64,000 nt of DNA from Mobula hypostoma (Eukaryota), in contig NC_086097.1 of assembly GCF_963921235.1 (NCBI RefSeq), positions 40,054,001 to 40,118,000 on the forward strand, read 5' to 3'. The position numbers and the translations under genes are program-made. Under the pieces are notes generated by a model. The model was given only the letters and a program-made list of their open reading frames with translations, was not told the origin of the DNA and made no database searches. Of this stretch, positions 12,751 through 26,400 are shown piece by piece; the stretch's first letter is position 1; each line of letters begins with the position of its first letter.

Positions 12751-13640
12751 TTAAGATGGCACTACTGAAAGTGTGTAACAGCTTACTGGTGGATCACAAA
12801 GCAAGAAATGTGAATAAATACTCTATTCATAACATTTTTCAATATGGAAAATTTTGGTAAACAGTGAAGAGGTGAGTGAAGGCAGGGCTGATTGCAGGGT
12901 TGAGGAATGTGGGCATGAGACAGAGCCAGAGTGAGGTCGAGGCACGTACCAGGAGAAAATGTATTCGGAGTTGGAATTAGAGATAGAGTTGGATTGAGCA
13001 GAGTGGAGAAAAGCTGAGGTGGAGCTCTTTCAGAGCCTCTGCACCCAAACCAGGAGCAAAGTTCGATGCATCTAAGCGTCGCACCGATTTGGAAAGGTCG
13101 AGTATGGGCAGAAGTGGCCCAGAGCGTGTCGATGTGGCGGGGCTTGCGCTTGGGCCTGAGTTTGGGGGACGACCCAGTGCTTGGACAATTTAAACTCCGG
13201 GCCAGATGAACTGAAAAGACAAGGTGTCAGGACCGGAGTCAAGTGTTGAGCCGGTTCTGCTCCGCAACGTTTTACTCCGTCTTCTCTCCCCGGCGCTGAG
13301 TCTGTGGCATGCCTGGCTGCTGTGGGATTAGTGTCTGGGAGCTCTGTGGCCATCTGCCTCTGTGTGATGAACTGAGATTGAGACCATGGGCCACCCTGGC
13401 TGCTCTCAGCTTCGGGTTTATGGACTCAATTTCACTCTGAATGCTGACACTTGCTTTATTGTTTGCATGATTTGATTTGTTTTTTCCCTCTTTCTCTGCA
13501 CATTGGGTGTAGGTAGTTTTTGTAAAATTGGGTTCTTACAAGTTGTTTGTTTTGTGGCTGCCTGTTAAGAGGAGGAATTGCAATGTTATATAATTTATAC
13601 ATACTTCACAATAAAATGTAATTTGAACCTTGAACTTTGC
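12751..13640 (+). mobile_element. Non-autonomous LINE-tailed element
   Basis: Begins AAGATGGC; ends with Rex-type tail AATAAAATGTAATTTGAACCTTGAACTTTG; similar layout at 55940-56670 (minus). Confidence 0.45.
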
Positions 13641-15384
13641 TCTATACCTTAACTCCAGAATATGCCCAAACAGTGGTGTTGCTTCCTAGCCTTATTAACT
13701 GTAGTCTGTTGGTCAGGAAATTTAGAATTTAGTTGCAGAGGGAGGCATTAACTCAGGGCTTCTGTAGTTTGATGATGAGTTTGTGATCTGGATTTTGGTA
13801 GTCCGATTACCATTTCTACAGTAGGTCCAACCACTTACTAAAAGCTTGACATCCAATAGAACCATATTAAAATGATGGCAAATGTAGATTATTCTTTTTT
13901 AAAGATGTGATTTTACAGAATACAAAAGATTGGTGTTTAAATTACTGTACTCGTTAAACAGAAATATGTGTAATTGGTCCAAAGACATGAATTCAAACTC
14001 AGCGCAGTAGATGATTAATTTAAATTAAATAAGTCTGGAATTTTTTTGCATTTTAAGTATGCTTCTTTTCTATGATATTTTCCTTTGTTGTTACTAATTT
14101 AACTAAATTTGTCACCTGAACCCAAAATCTTTGATTATTGTTAGTAAGTTATTAAAATAAATATTTAAGATGACTTATGTACAATGTATCTTTTGAAAAC
14201 TATGAAGCACCTGCTATAACATGAGAATTTAAATGCGAAATTAACAGTAAAATGAGCAGCAGTTCTTTGCAACTAGGTATTCTGAAGAAGGCTTCTGTTC
14301 CTATTACCTGTAACTAGAAGCAGGCACTACTGAGACAGTGATGAATTTAATTACCCATTTAATTTCGTGCAGTACTCAATTAATTATAGAGCCTAAGGAA
14401 TTCATGTCTGTTAGTGCTATAAATTGCTAATTACTTGAGTATCCAATAGAATGATTTGGCTAAATTACAGTACAGCTCATCAGTTATATTAGGTTTGTCA
14501 AAGAAATTTACAAAATTTAGGAGTTGATTGTATATCACCAAACACTTCCTTGAAGAATATCTAAACAGTTATTTAAAAATAAATGACACAGAAATATATT
14601 CATATTCATAGTGTTTCTATCCAAATGTGTGCAAGGGCTACATGAAATTAGTGATGCCCAATTACTTTGGCGAGTCAGATGCTCTGCATCTACTACCCTT
14701 GCTTCAGATCTCCCTACCTTGCCAACAGGAAGAGCTGTCAGAGCAGGAGGTTAGCACCCAAGCTATAACTTCAGTGTGTCTGACAATGTCTCGTGGTCTC
14801 ACAAAAGCTGTCAAGCTAAGAATCTTAACTTTCATCACTGCCCTTACATCTCCACCTCCTGTAGCAGCTGTATCCCCTTCCCCTGCTGCATCACCTTCTT
14901 ACTCTCACACTTCCTTCTGGCCTTCATGGTACGCTCACACAACTGCCACTGTCAGCATTTTAGCAACTCTCATTTCCTCACACCCCACATTATGCGCATA
15001 AGATGCAAAACATTTGACCATGACAAGAAATCACGTCGTGAACCTTCCTTTACTCTTGAACTGGATGGTCAAGCACAAGTCGAGGCAGGTGGGCTATGAT
15101 ACAAAGAGACTAGGATCATCTATATATCCTTTCCTTCCTGGAATCTTGGGGTCAGTGGCAGAGTGCATGGCTAAAGTAATAGCCTTGTAACACAGGATTT
15201 TTTTTTTTGGCAAATTACCCCTACTTTTCCCTACCTGTTGTATCTGATGTTAAACAGCCTGCAGGACAGATTGTGAAAGCTTGCACCACCACTCTTCTCA
15301 AGCTTTGGAATGAAGGATGAACTTTGCATCTATTTTCCATTCACATTAAAATATTAATGATGCCGGCCCAGTCTAGAAAATGCA

Positions 15385-15960
15385 CAATGGCACGGCTAGT
15401 CAGGACGTTTCCTCTCAGCACCTAACCTTCAGTGCTGTCTGTGTGGAATTTTCATGTTATCCCCAGGACTACGTGGTTTCCTCGCACAGACTGAAATTGT
15501 GCAGATTGTGCATTGTCCTGGCTGTTAGAATCAGGTGGTAGTTGATAGGAATGCAGATTAATGAAGAATTAGTGCTTAATAGTCAGCAGTAGCTCAGTGG
15601 GTTACAAGGTCAATGGGTTACAAGAGCCTGGCGACAAGGACTGAAGGCCAGAGGTGGCCATTCCTGGGGTTGGAGGCCTACCCAAGTGTGGGAGTGGGTG
15701 GCAGGGATGAGAAAGGGGTTTGTTTTCTCATTTTGTTTCACTGTTGCTGCTCGTGTTGTACTGTGGAACATTGCGGGCGTGCTATGTTGGTGCCAGACTG
15801 TGTGGTGACACTTGTGAGCTGCCCACCGCACATCCTTGGTTGCTAAAGAGCAAACCATGCTTTTCACTGTACGTTTTGATGTACGTCTGATGAGTAATTC
15901 TGAATCTAAATCTGGATAGGCAGAAGGGCCTGTTTCTATGATGTAGGATTAAATAACTCC
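15385..15960 (+). mobile_element. Degraded HE1-like SINE with an inserted LINE 3' tail (~15700-15910)
   Basis: GCTGTCTGTGTGGAATTT..GTGGTTTCCTC core; tail TCTGAATCTAAATCT. Confidence 0.5.
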
Positions 15961-16241
15961 AGGAAGATTCAATTCCAATCAATCTGGCACTAGCTGGCTT
16001 CAGCTCAGAGAAAGGCAGCATGAACACTAATCTAACAGCCATGCTCATGTCAGTGTTGGAATATTGTATAGGACAAATAATGCAAAAAGTTAGAAGTTAA
16101 TGACCTTACTAATAACATAGATCACAGAAATAACTATTTGGATTACACTGAAAATATGAGATAGCTGTTCAACAATTTAATTAAGTTTACCTTTTGGGTT
16201 GAAGAACCAGCAGAAATGGATAACCCTTTGGAGTCCAGTAT

Positions 16242-16871
16242 TGTTATTAACTAATGGTATTTATCAGTAACTACGCAATACAGTAATATAAATGGAGATA
16301 TATCAAACAGGTTAGCAATGATCATATATATAAGTAAGTGTGGAAATATATATATGAAAACCAAGCTTCTTCGAGTCTAGGGGTAAATAGATAGTCTTAC
16401 AAAGATGAGTAAAGTTCAGTTCAGTTTGTGGTATTGAGTTGAGTAGTGATGGGGGGGGGGGGAAGGAGATTTGAATCTTCAGGTGAGCTGACGCCATCGA
16501 TCTTCCTGTTGTCCTCTGAAATCCTTTAGAACTCACCGACTGTGACCACAACAAAGGGGACCATTCTTCTGTGGTGGAATTATCAACCCAGGCGAGGGTT
16601 GGACACACGAATAACTCCCCACCGGTCACACCCTTCTCACACTGCGAGAGCCACTGATCGATCTGCCAAAACCCACCTTTTCTGTGGGCACAACAAAGCT
16701 CATTCAGTGTCCACAACCATGTGTCTGTAGGTCTAACAGCTGACCTTCTATTTATCTCACCGTGCTGAATACCAACTGTCCATCAAGCAGCTCCTCCCTT
16801 CTCGCTCTGTAAGAACTTGGGAGCTGCTAGTGTCCTTGCAAAAGTGTAAACATGCTGTGAGCAGTCTTCGC

Positions 16872-16903
<32 letters not shown>

Positions 16904-16983
16904 TTAACAAGGTGTCTGTGTTCCACAACTCACTCTCTCTCTTAAAAACACAGTTCATAGGGGTAATTTAGTTCCGTGTCACA
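16242..16983. repeat. Probable solo LTR
   Basis: TGTTA...TCACA ends, no coding capacity, internal (CT)n; TSD not clear. Confidence 0.5.
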
Positions 16984-18826
16984 CTAGTGCTTTAAAATTA
17001 CAAGAGCAATCTGCTTAACCTGTTTCAATGTGGCTTGTACATGAACTATTTTAAAACGCCACCCAATTTTTTTCTGTTAAAAGAACGGAGAGAGAATTTA
17101 AAATGAATGTTTTACATATCTGTGTGGTAATCCTTATTTGAATAACTTGATTACTGTTTTGACTCTACTGGTGATACGCTCCCTTTAATAGGGCAAACTT
17201 CATCTTTAATATAAAATCTATGCATGGACAAACATTTTTCTCCTGGGGTAATGGTTTCATGAAATCATCTGAATCAGATTTGGTTGGGTGAAAACAAGCC
17301 AGATGATGCAGTGATGCATTTCAAGATGATTTGCATCATTATGTTTAGAACCTGTAGGTGCAAAGAATAATATGTCATGCTTTTTTTCAAAAGAACAGAT
17401 GATGGTGTCCTTAGTTTTCATTTAGAATCTTAGAAAGTGTAAAATATGAAAATTTAAAAGTGAACTATTATTTCACTCCCCAAAATTCTATAAACTACAA
17501 ATTAGAAATATCTTATATCATGCACAAAGCTAGATTTTGTTTGTATAATAAAAATGTGAGTGGGGAAAATCAAATTAGTTTATTATTTCACAGATGATGA
17601 CTGAGATTGTTCAATGGCTTTTTATTCCCCCCCCCCCACCCGCCGTTTTCACTAAGTCAAAATATTTCACTTGAGCATGAAAAGCAAAGAAGTTGAGATA
17701 GAAGCTGGCAAATCAGATTAAACTAAGACCCTAGTTCCAGATATTAGGCATATAGCAAGTAAGCTTAAAAAGATAAGGAGGAATTATTAGTGTCACTAGT
17801 TTGTAAATATAAAAATGCTCTAGGGGAGGAATGGCAGTAGAAGATTTAGGGATTGTTAATACGGCTATCTAGTAAACACGAAACCAAATTCTTGACCAAC
17901 TAAGTGAATCTGTATTAAAATAAGTGACACAATGCACAGAAGTCAGAAAACAAAAATACTCAATGATTTTGAAATACGATGTTCTGTATGTATTGTATTT
18001 AATATTTCAGTAGTATTTGAGTAACATTGTAAATATATTGCTTGATTATGCATTCTTTGTCTGTTTACACAATTCATTATGGGTTGAAGTATGGCATGAA
18101 GTATGTGAACGACATATGTCAATATGCCACCATGTGATCACCTTACTAAAATAACAGATAAAAATAACTAATTAAACGAATATTCTGGCTCTTGTGTTTT
18201 TCTTTCAATTAGTTTCTGGAGGTACAAAACATACTAATGGCAAAGAGAAATTTTTAAAACGAACCCAAGATGACACCTACCTGTTCAAGTGCAGGGAAGA
18301 GAGACATACAAGTTAAAAAAGGCAGAAAATGGACTGTATTAACAAGCAATGAGTACAGCAATGGGTTCATAAACAGCAAGTACCGGCTGATAATGATAAT
18401 AAATAAAAAAAATGAAATGGCTGGCTACACAAGAAAGATAGACACATTCAATTGCACAGCATATTACTGGATGATGTACGTAGACTGAAAAAAATTGAGC
18501 AGTATTTTGAAGCAAACGAAATAGCCCATGAAAAATGAATCCCAGTGTTACTAGGTGCAATGGGTGGAAAAACATACAGTTTGCTTAGTTTAACTGCTCG
18601 AACCAAACCAGCAGAAATGAGGTTTGCTGCTATTGCGAACATAATGCAATAAAATTCAGAACCAAAACTAATGTTGGTTAGAGAATGCTTTAGATGTCAT
18701 AAATGGAATCAAAAGGAGGGGGAAAAAGTGGCCAGAGATGCAATGGAGCTGCAGTCAGGAGTGCAAGTGAGCGCGAACAAAATTGCAAAATCTAAACAGA
18801 AACCAGATATCACACCGGAGGAAATA

Positions 18827-20418
18827 CAGGTGTCCCCCACTTTTTGAACGTTCGCTTTATGAAACCTCATGGTTACAAAAGACCTACATTAGTACCCTGT
18901 TTTCGCTAACAGAAGGTATTTTCACTGTTACGCGATAAAAAAGCAGCACGCAAAAAAATCAGTGCACGATAAAAGGCAGCATGCACCCTGAGTAGCGGCT
19001 CTCCCCCGGATTTGGAACGGCATTCTCACCAGCATTGCTTTAACACGTGCCTGTGAGCAGCTGTTTGCAAGATGATTTCTAAGGTATCAGAAAAGCCTCA
19101 AAGAGCTCGTAAGGGTGTTACACTTAACGTAAAACTAGACATAATTAAGCGTTTCGATCGTGGTGAACGAAGCAAGGACAAAGTGAGTTTGGCTTGTTGA
19201 AGCTGATGAAGATGATGTTGAAGAGGTTTTGGCATCCCATGACCAAGAACTGACAGATGAAGAGCTGATGCAATTGGAAGAGGAAAGGATAACAATTGAA
19301 ACCGAATTCATTAGCAAAATGAACACGAAGCAACTGCATGAGATTTTCGCTGCAGAGATAAAGTACAACTTTAATTTTGAAAGGGTACGTAGGTTTAGGG
19401 GATATTTGCAGGATGGTTTGAGTGCTTACAAAGAACTGTATGATAGAAAAATGTGCGAGGCTCAGCAGTCAAGCAAGCCTTCCACATCAGCCACAGCAGA
19501 TGACGAACCTCAAACTTCGACATCGAGGCAGGCAGTCACAGGAGAAGATGAGCTGCCTGCTCTAATGGAAACAGACGACGATGAGATGACACCCCAGTGT
19601 CCCAGCACCCCAACCCCCAGGACCCGGGCAGATACCGATTCGCAGAGAATGCAGCAATAGCTGGGAGGCACACAGCACATCTTTAAGAAAAAAGCCGAAA
19701 TAAACATGCTAATTAATTACGTGCAATTGGCAATCACCTCTGATCTGGCCCGACAATTATGTGTTGGGCTGCGCCTAATTAATTAGCATGTTTATTTTGG
19801 CTTTTTTCTTAAAGATGTGCTGGGTGTGTCCCAGCTACCGCTGGACCCCTGCATGCTTCGCGGCAATGTATCGGTCGGCAGGCCAGAGGGTGGGGGCCAC
19901 TGCACCACCCCAACCTCCGACTCAGCCTAACACATCATCATCAGTGTGCTCGGCCCTGTCTTCCCAATTCCGGTAAGTGATACTACACTGTACATACATT
20001 ATTTCTACTTTATATCGGCTGTGTATTTTTACGGGTTATTTGGTACGATTTGGCAGCTTCATAGCTTAAAGGTTACTGGAGAGCGTGTTTATGCCAACAG
20101 CGCTTACGCGAGATTTTCTGCCAACAGCGCTTCCGTGAGATTTTCGCTATGGAGAACAGTGCCGGTAATGATTGTGGAAAAGTATTTCTACTTTATATAG
20201 GCTTTGTGTTTATCGTATCATTCCTGCTTTTATTATATGTTACTGTTATTTTAGGTTTCGTGTTATTTGGCATGATTTAGTATGTTATTTTTGGGTCTGC
20301 GAACGCTCACAAAATTTTCCCATATAAATAAATGGTAATTGCTTTTTCGCTTTATGACATTTCAGCTTACAAACCATTTCACAGGAATGCTCTACCTTCG
20401 GATGGTGGGGGAAACCTG
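18827..20418 (+). mobile_element. Tigger/pogo DNA transposon, internally deleted
   Basis: TA TSD at 18825-26 and 20419-20; TIR CAGGT(G/T)TCCCCCAC; CENP-B-type N-terminus RKGVTLNVKLDIIKRFDRGE joined to C-terminal ORF 19229..19660 (QELTDEELMQL); no DDE core. Confidence 0.9.
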
Positions 20419-21539
20419 TATTGTATCATTTCCTAATGCATGCATTACTAAATGACAATAAAAGAGGACTGCGTGTCTTCATAATGGAAAATCTAACCTG
20501 CCTGGCCGAACAAGTTGCCTTACCATTGGGGCAGAGGCTCACATATGCTAGAGCAATGCTGATTGAAAGGCAAAACCTGCAAAAAATGCAACAAAGTAGG
20601 ACACTTGCAAAGAACACTTCGATCAGACAAAAATAAATAGAGTCCACAGGGAAGAAAAAGGATAAAAAGTCAAGTTGCAGTTTCAAAATGAGCACTAATC
20701 TGAATGCTGTTGATAAAAAGTCTGATAATAATAAGAGTGACACATTATTGGGTAGCCTTGAGTTTTACAATGTGAAAACAAACAAGAGACAAGCAATATG
20801 ACTTACTCCATAAGTAAACAGCAAAGTAATTAAAAAGGAATTAGACACTGGCTCAGATGATTCAGTCATTCCAAAAAATGAGTTTGAGCAACATTTCAAA
20901 GGTACTAAACTGAAGCCTGCAGTTATCCAACTAAGAACTTTTGCTTGAAAAAGATAACTCCTGTGGGAATGACATTTGTAACAGTGAAATACAACAACCA
21001 ACAGGACATATTGGGCTTGTATGAAGTAAAAACAGGAGGGCCAGCATTGTGGGGTTGTGAGTGACTGAGACAACTACAACTTGATTGGAGATCCATTCAC
21101 CATTTGCATGCCTCATTCCCTGCAACAGAGTCAACTGCAAGCAACTTAAGAAAAGTACTGGATGATGCCACAGCAATGTTCAAGGATGACTTCGGTAAAT
21201 ACAAACACATTAAGGGTAAAATAGTGTTAAATGAAAATGCTACACTGTTGTTTTACAAAGCCTGTCCAGTTCTTTATAACATCCATGGTAAAGTAGCCAG
21301 TGAGCTAGATCACCTGGAGGCTGAAGGAATTCTTTCCAAGGTTGAGTGGAGCCTATATTGAATACCAGTAGTCCCAATAGCCAAGAACGATAAGTCTGTC
21401 CGGATCTGTGGTGATTTTAAGGTTACCATCAACCCAATATTGAAAGTAGATCAGTCACTCTGCCCAGTACAGAGAATCTCCTTGCAAACCTTTCTGGAGG
21501 GAAGCACTTTAGCAAAGTGGATTTAGCCGAGCCCTATCT

Positions 21540-21841
21540 GTGTTGGAGTGTGGCCAAGTGGTTAAGGCATTGGTCTGGTGATCTGAAGGTTGCTAGTTCA
21601 AGCCTCAGCTGAGGCAATGTGTGGTGTCCTTGAGCAAGGTACTTAACCACACATTGCTCTGTGATGACACTGGTGCCAAACTGTATCAGTCCTAGTGCCC
21701 TTCCCTTGGACAACATCTGTGGCGTGGAGAGGGGAGACTTATAGCATGGGCAACTGCCAGTCTTCCATACAACCTTGCCCAGGCCTGTGCCCTGGAAACC
21801 TTCCAAGGCACAAATCCATGGTCTCACAAGACTATCTGATG
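21540..21841 (+). mobile_element. Full-length tRNA-derived SINE inserted in Gypsy RT
   Basis: A box TGGCCAAGTGG 21551-21561; B box AGTTCAAGCC 21595-21604; TSD CCTATCT at 21533-39 and 21842-48. Confidence 0.9.
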
Positions 21842-22308
21842 CCTATCTATAGATAAAGATGGACAAAGAGCCCAAAGTGTTTTTCAACATAAACACTCAC
21901 AAGGGGTTGTAATGCTATAATTGGGCTAATTTTGGAGTAGCATCTGCACTGTCACTCTTACAGAAAGCTATGGACCAGGCACTCAGTGTTACCTGGATGA
22001 GATCATTGTTACCTCTGAGGATGAGGAGGTGCATCTCCAAAATCTCAAGCTAGTGTTAAAAAGATTAGAAAATTATGCACTCAAAGCATTTGCATAATTA
22101 GTTGTCCACTTTAATTCGATCGTGTAATTGTATCCTCCAAGAAACAGAGCACATGTCTGAATTTGTGATGCTATTGTTAGTGGAACAACCTTATGTGAAT
22201 TAAAATGGGCACCAGTTGTTGAAGATCAATAACAAGGGTGAAAACTCTCTCCCATACAGATACTGGTTGAAATATAATACACCCCACATAAGGCTCAATG
22301 CCTCTGTC

Positions 22309-22565
22309 AATCTGTATTAATTCTTTTCTCTGTAGCAATATGGGAATATGATACAAAGGCTATGGAGCATTCAGTTCTATCACTCATAACATTGGATATG
22401 ACTTCACATATACCATAAGGTGAGGCGTCACAGGCATAGTTCACTGGGCAATATCGGTCATAATGTGCAAGTAAATTGTCCGATGTTACCATTTCCTTTG
22501 CCTTTTGGAAAGCCACCTTACACTGCTTTATCCATTGCCATTTCTCCCTAATCTGTAGTAATGAG
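22309..22565 (-). mobile_element. Gypsy RT-RNase H connection fragment, opposite orientation to the upstream element
   Basis: ORF 22307..22624: KWQW..C..AFQKAK..LAHYD..ACDASPYG. Confidence 0.85.
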
Positions 22566-22569
22566 ATCA

Positions 22570-23040
22570 AGGGGTAGAGCACAGTCGGGTAGGACACGTC
22601 CTTTGGCACTAGGGCATCCACCAATGCATTGTAGGGAAAAGTTGAATAGGTTAGGACTTTATTCTCTAGAATGCAGAAGACTGAGGGGAGATTTGATAGA
22701 GGTATACAGAATTATAAGGGACATGGATAGGGTAAATGCAAGGGGGCTTTTTATACTGAGGTTGGGTGGACTGCAACTGGATGTCATGGGTTATGGTTGA
22801 AATGTAAAATGTTTACGGGGAACATAAGGGGGAATCTTCTGAGAGTAGGGGATGAGCTACCAGTGCTAGTGGTGGATGTGGGTTTGATTTCAACATCTAA
22901 GAGAAGTTTGGATAAGTACATGGATGACAAGGATATGGAGGGCTATGATCTGGATGCAGGTAGATGGGACTAGGCAGATTAATGATTTGGCATGGACTAG
23001 ATGGGCTGAAGGGCCCATTTCAGTGCTGTAATGTTCTAAG
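22570..23040 (+). mobile_element. CR1 3' fragment
   Basis: LNRLGLYSLECRRLRGDLIEVY and 3' tail. Confidence 0.85.
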
Positions 23041-24519
23041 ATTATGACAAAAAAGTGGGTAACGGATAGTACATTAAAACACGTAGACAAGATTATTATG
23101 TGGAAAATGAACTTTTAACACAAGTAACTGTGAGAAAATAGAACACGTTAAAAAGTAAGAAAGTGAAGAGTGTTAGAAAGGATTTCCTGTCATTCTTGAA
23201 TATGAACATTTCTCTCCAAATATGATCATTCATCCTGGGATAACTATCTTGGATTTTGAGAGGTCATTCCTTGCATTGTGAAGATATATAAACAGTAACC
23301 ATTTGGCCAGTAAACTGAAATCACATTATAGAGTAAGATATTAATGTAAATTATTTTTGTTTTGCATTCTTTTGTAAACATAGATCTGTTAATGGTTTGT
23401 TTAGATATTTATGATTTTGGTTTGAATGTGTTTCAAGGTTTGACAATTGCATTATTGATTAATATTCTTTATAGTGTATGTTGTCTGAAACATTAAACTC
23501 AATGCACATGACACAATTAAAACTAATCTTTGCTTACTGGAAATATTATCTGCTTTTTTTTTCCTCCACTATCTGCAGGACTCAGAATGCACTTGAACTA
23601 TTGATTTTATATATAAAGAAATAATGCAGTTATTTAATTATCTAATATAAATTCTACAGTTTAAATGTCAATGCCAAGGGGATGAAGTATTACATCTCAT
23701 GAGTTAAGAACTAAAGGCCTTCAATAGAAGATTTATTATAGTGGCTTCTGTTTGCTAACTTTCCTTGTTCTCAGTCTGGAGGCACTGAAAGAATCATGAC
23801 ATGTTTGCTTGTCTTTAGATTAGAGAGTAACAGAATTTTGCTGCACTGGCGAATATTGAAGGTCTTTAATAATGAATTTGCTGTAAGCAGTCATGCTTGT
23901 TTTATTTGCCTGTACTCCCTTGAGAAGGAATCATTTCAAATGAGTAAATTCTGTCTGTGTCTTTTAATATATTTGATACTGTCAAAAGGAGACAAATTCA
24001 AATACATTAGTTATATACTTTATGACAAATTCAAATTAAAAATTCAATAATCCATGTACTGCAGACATGTATCAAAGCAAATATAGAGTAATAATGTTTA
24101 TATGAATACAGCCCTCCATTAATGCACATCATATCAAAGAAAATTTTGTCAGTTTGTTGCTAATGTGTTGACAAAACAATTGATAAACTCAGGCACATGA
24201 ATTGTGTTTCTCTCCTGCGGCACACCTTTTAACTTTTGGACCTATGGAAAAGTAAGGAAGAATATTGATATTTTCAAGATGTTATATGAGATATCATTGC
24301 CTTTCATGTTACTATCACATAATCAGTAAACTTAAACATTGTTATTATGATCAGAAATACCATCTTAAATATTTGGTTATCCATTTTGCCAATTAGTAAA
24401 TACTTTATTTTCTATGGTGCTGTTCACAATTCCAGGACGTCTTGTTGCCAACAACATACTTTGATGTAGCTGTGACTGTTGTCATATATGAAGCAGTAGA
24501 AAAATTCCACAATGTAATA

Positions 24520-24950
24520 CAATTCCATCATCAGAGATCCCCACCACCCAGGTCTTGTTCTTTTCTTGCTGCTGGGTACAAGCAGGTAGAAGCTACAAGA
24601 GCCTCAGGACTCATACCATCAGGTTCAAGACAATTACTACCCTGCAGACATCAGGCTCTGGAAGAAAGGGGGTAACTGCACTCACCTGCCCATCCATTGA
24701 GATGGTTCCATAACCAATGATTTCACTGTAACGACTCTTTATCCTGTTATCTCATGTTCTTGTTTATTTATATTTGCATTTGCTAAGTTTGTTGTCTTCT
24801 GCACTCCAGCCGATCTTGTTATAGTTGCTATTCTTGTTCTAGTCATTATCCTACAGACATGCAGAGCATACTCACGGGAAAATGAATCACAGGGTTGTAT
24901 ACGGTGACATACAAGTACATACTTAGATAGTAAAGTTTACTTTGAACTTT
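24520..24950 (+). mobile_element. Rex1/Babar 3' fragment
   Basis: IIRDPHHPG-like coding remnant; tail TTTACTTTGAACTTTG. Confidence 0.7.
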
Positions 24951-25136
24951 GTAACAAATGTAAGGAAATGTGAGACCTTGAAATAGAATCTGAAATAAAA
25001 ACAAATTTCTGGAAGAACTACGTGATTCTGGTAGATTGGGTAGTACCTGTGTAGAGAGAAACACAGGTAATATCTCCAATTCATTACCTTTCTTTGAAAA
25101 TGTTAAAATGCACAAGATTCAGTAGGAGTCAGAGTC

Positions 25137-26400
25137 ATCTCATAGAATTTTTTTGAGGATGTAACTAGTAGAGTGGATAGGGGAGAACCAGTGGATGTGG
25201 TATATTTGGATTTTCAAAAGGCTTTTGACAAGGTCCCACACAGGAAATTAGTGTGCAAACTTAAAGCACATGGTATTGGGGGTAAGGTATTGATGTGGAT
25301 AGAGAATGGTTGGCAGACAGGAAGCAAAGAGTGGGAATAAACGGGACCTTTTCAGAATGGCAGGCAGTGACTAGTGGGGTACCGCAAGGCTCAGTGTTGG
25401 GACCCCAGTTGTTTACAATATATATTAATGACTTGGATGAGGGAATTAAATGCAGCATCTCCAAGTTTGCGGATGACACGAAGCTGGGCGGCAGTATTAG
25501 CTGTGAGGAGGATGCTAAGAGGATGCAGGGTGACTTGGCTAGGTTAGGTGAGTGGGCAAATTCATGGCAGATGAAATTTAATGTGGATAAATGTGAAGTT
25601 ATCCACTTTGGTGGCAAAAACAGGAAAACAGATTATTATCTGAATCGTGGTCAATTAGGAAAAGGAGAGGTGCAACGAGACCTGGGTGTCATTGTACATC
25701 AGTCATTGAAAGTGGGCATGCAGGTACAGCAGGCGGTGAAAAAGGCGAATGGTATGCTGGCATTTATAGCGAGAGGATTCGAGTACAGGAGCAGGGAGGT
25801 ACTACTGCAGTTGTATAAGGCCTTGGTGAGACCACACCTGGAGTATTGTGTGCAGTTTTGGTCCCCTAATCTGAGGAAAGACATCCTTGCCATAGAGGGA
25901 GTACAAAGAAGGTTCAACAGATTGATTCCTGGGATGGCAGGACTTTCATATGATGAAAGACTGGATGAACTAGGCTTATACTCGTTGGAATTTAGAAGAT
26001 TGAGGGGGGATCTGATTGAAACATATAAAATCCTAAAGGGATTGGACAGGCTAGATGCAGGAAGATTGTTCCCTATGTTGGGGAAGTCCAGAACGAGTGG
26101 TCACAGTTTGAGGATAAAGGGGAAGCCTTTTAGGACCGAGATTAGGAAAAACTTCTTCACAGAGAGTGGTGAATCTGTGGAATTCTCTGCCACAGGAAAC
26201 AGTTGAGGCCAGTTCATTGGCTATATTTAAGATGGAGTTAGATATGGCCCTTGTGGCTAAAGGGATCAGGGGGTATGGAGGGAAGGCTGGTACAGGGTTC
26301 TGAGTTGGATGATCAGCCATGATCATACTGAATGGCGGTGCAGGCTCAAAGGGCCAAATGGCCTACTCCTGCACCTATTTTCTATGTTTCTATGTTTCTA
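25137..26400 (+). mobile_element. Young 5'-truncated CR1 (RT C-terminal half)
   Basis: ORF 25295..26206 with GVPQGSVLGP and FADDTKLGG; (TTTCTATG)3 tail; ATAGAATT at both junctions. Confidence 0.95.

Larger units (their letters stand above)
17980..22090 (+). mobile_element. Degraded Ty3/Gypsy element: LTR, PBS, gag, protease, partial RT, with nested insertions
   Basis: LTR ~17980-18237; degenerate PBS TGGCAAAGAG; gag MAGY..KIDTF from 18417; LDTGS at 20841; VRICGDFKVTINP ~21400; YLDE ~21990. Confidence 0.9.

Noticed and set aside
14627..15099. 124-aa and 107-aa ORFs rich in Ser/Pro/Thr/His
   Set aside because: Low-complexity C-rich sequence poor in stops; no domain recognised.
21540..21615. 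tRNA-like sequence
   Set aside because: It is the head of a SINE with body and TSD, not a tRNA gene.
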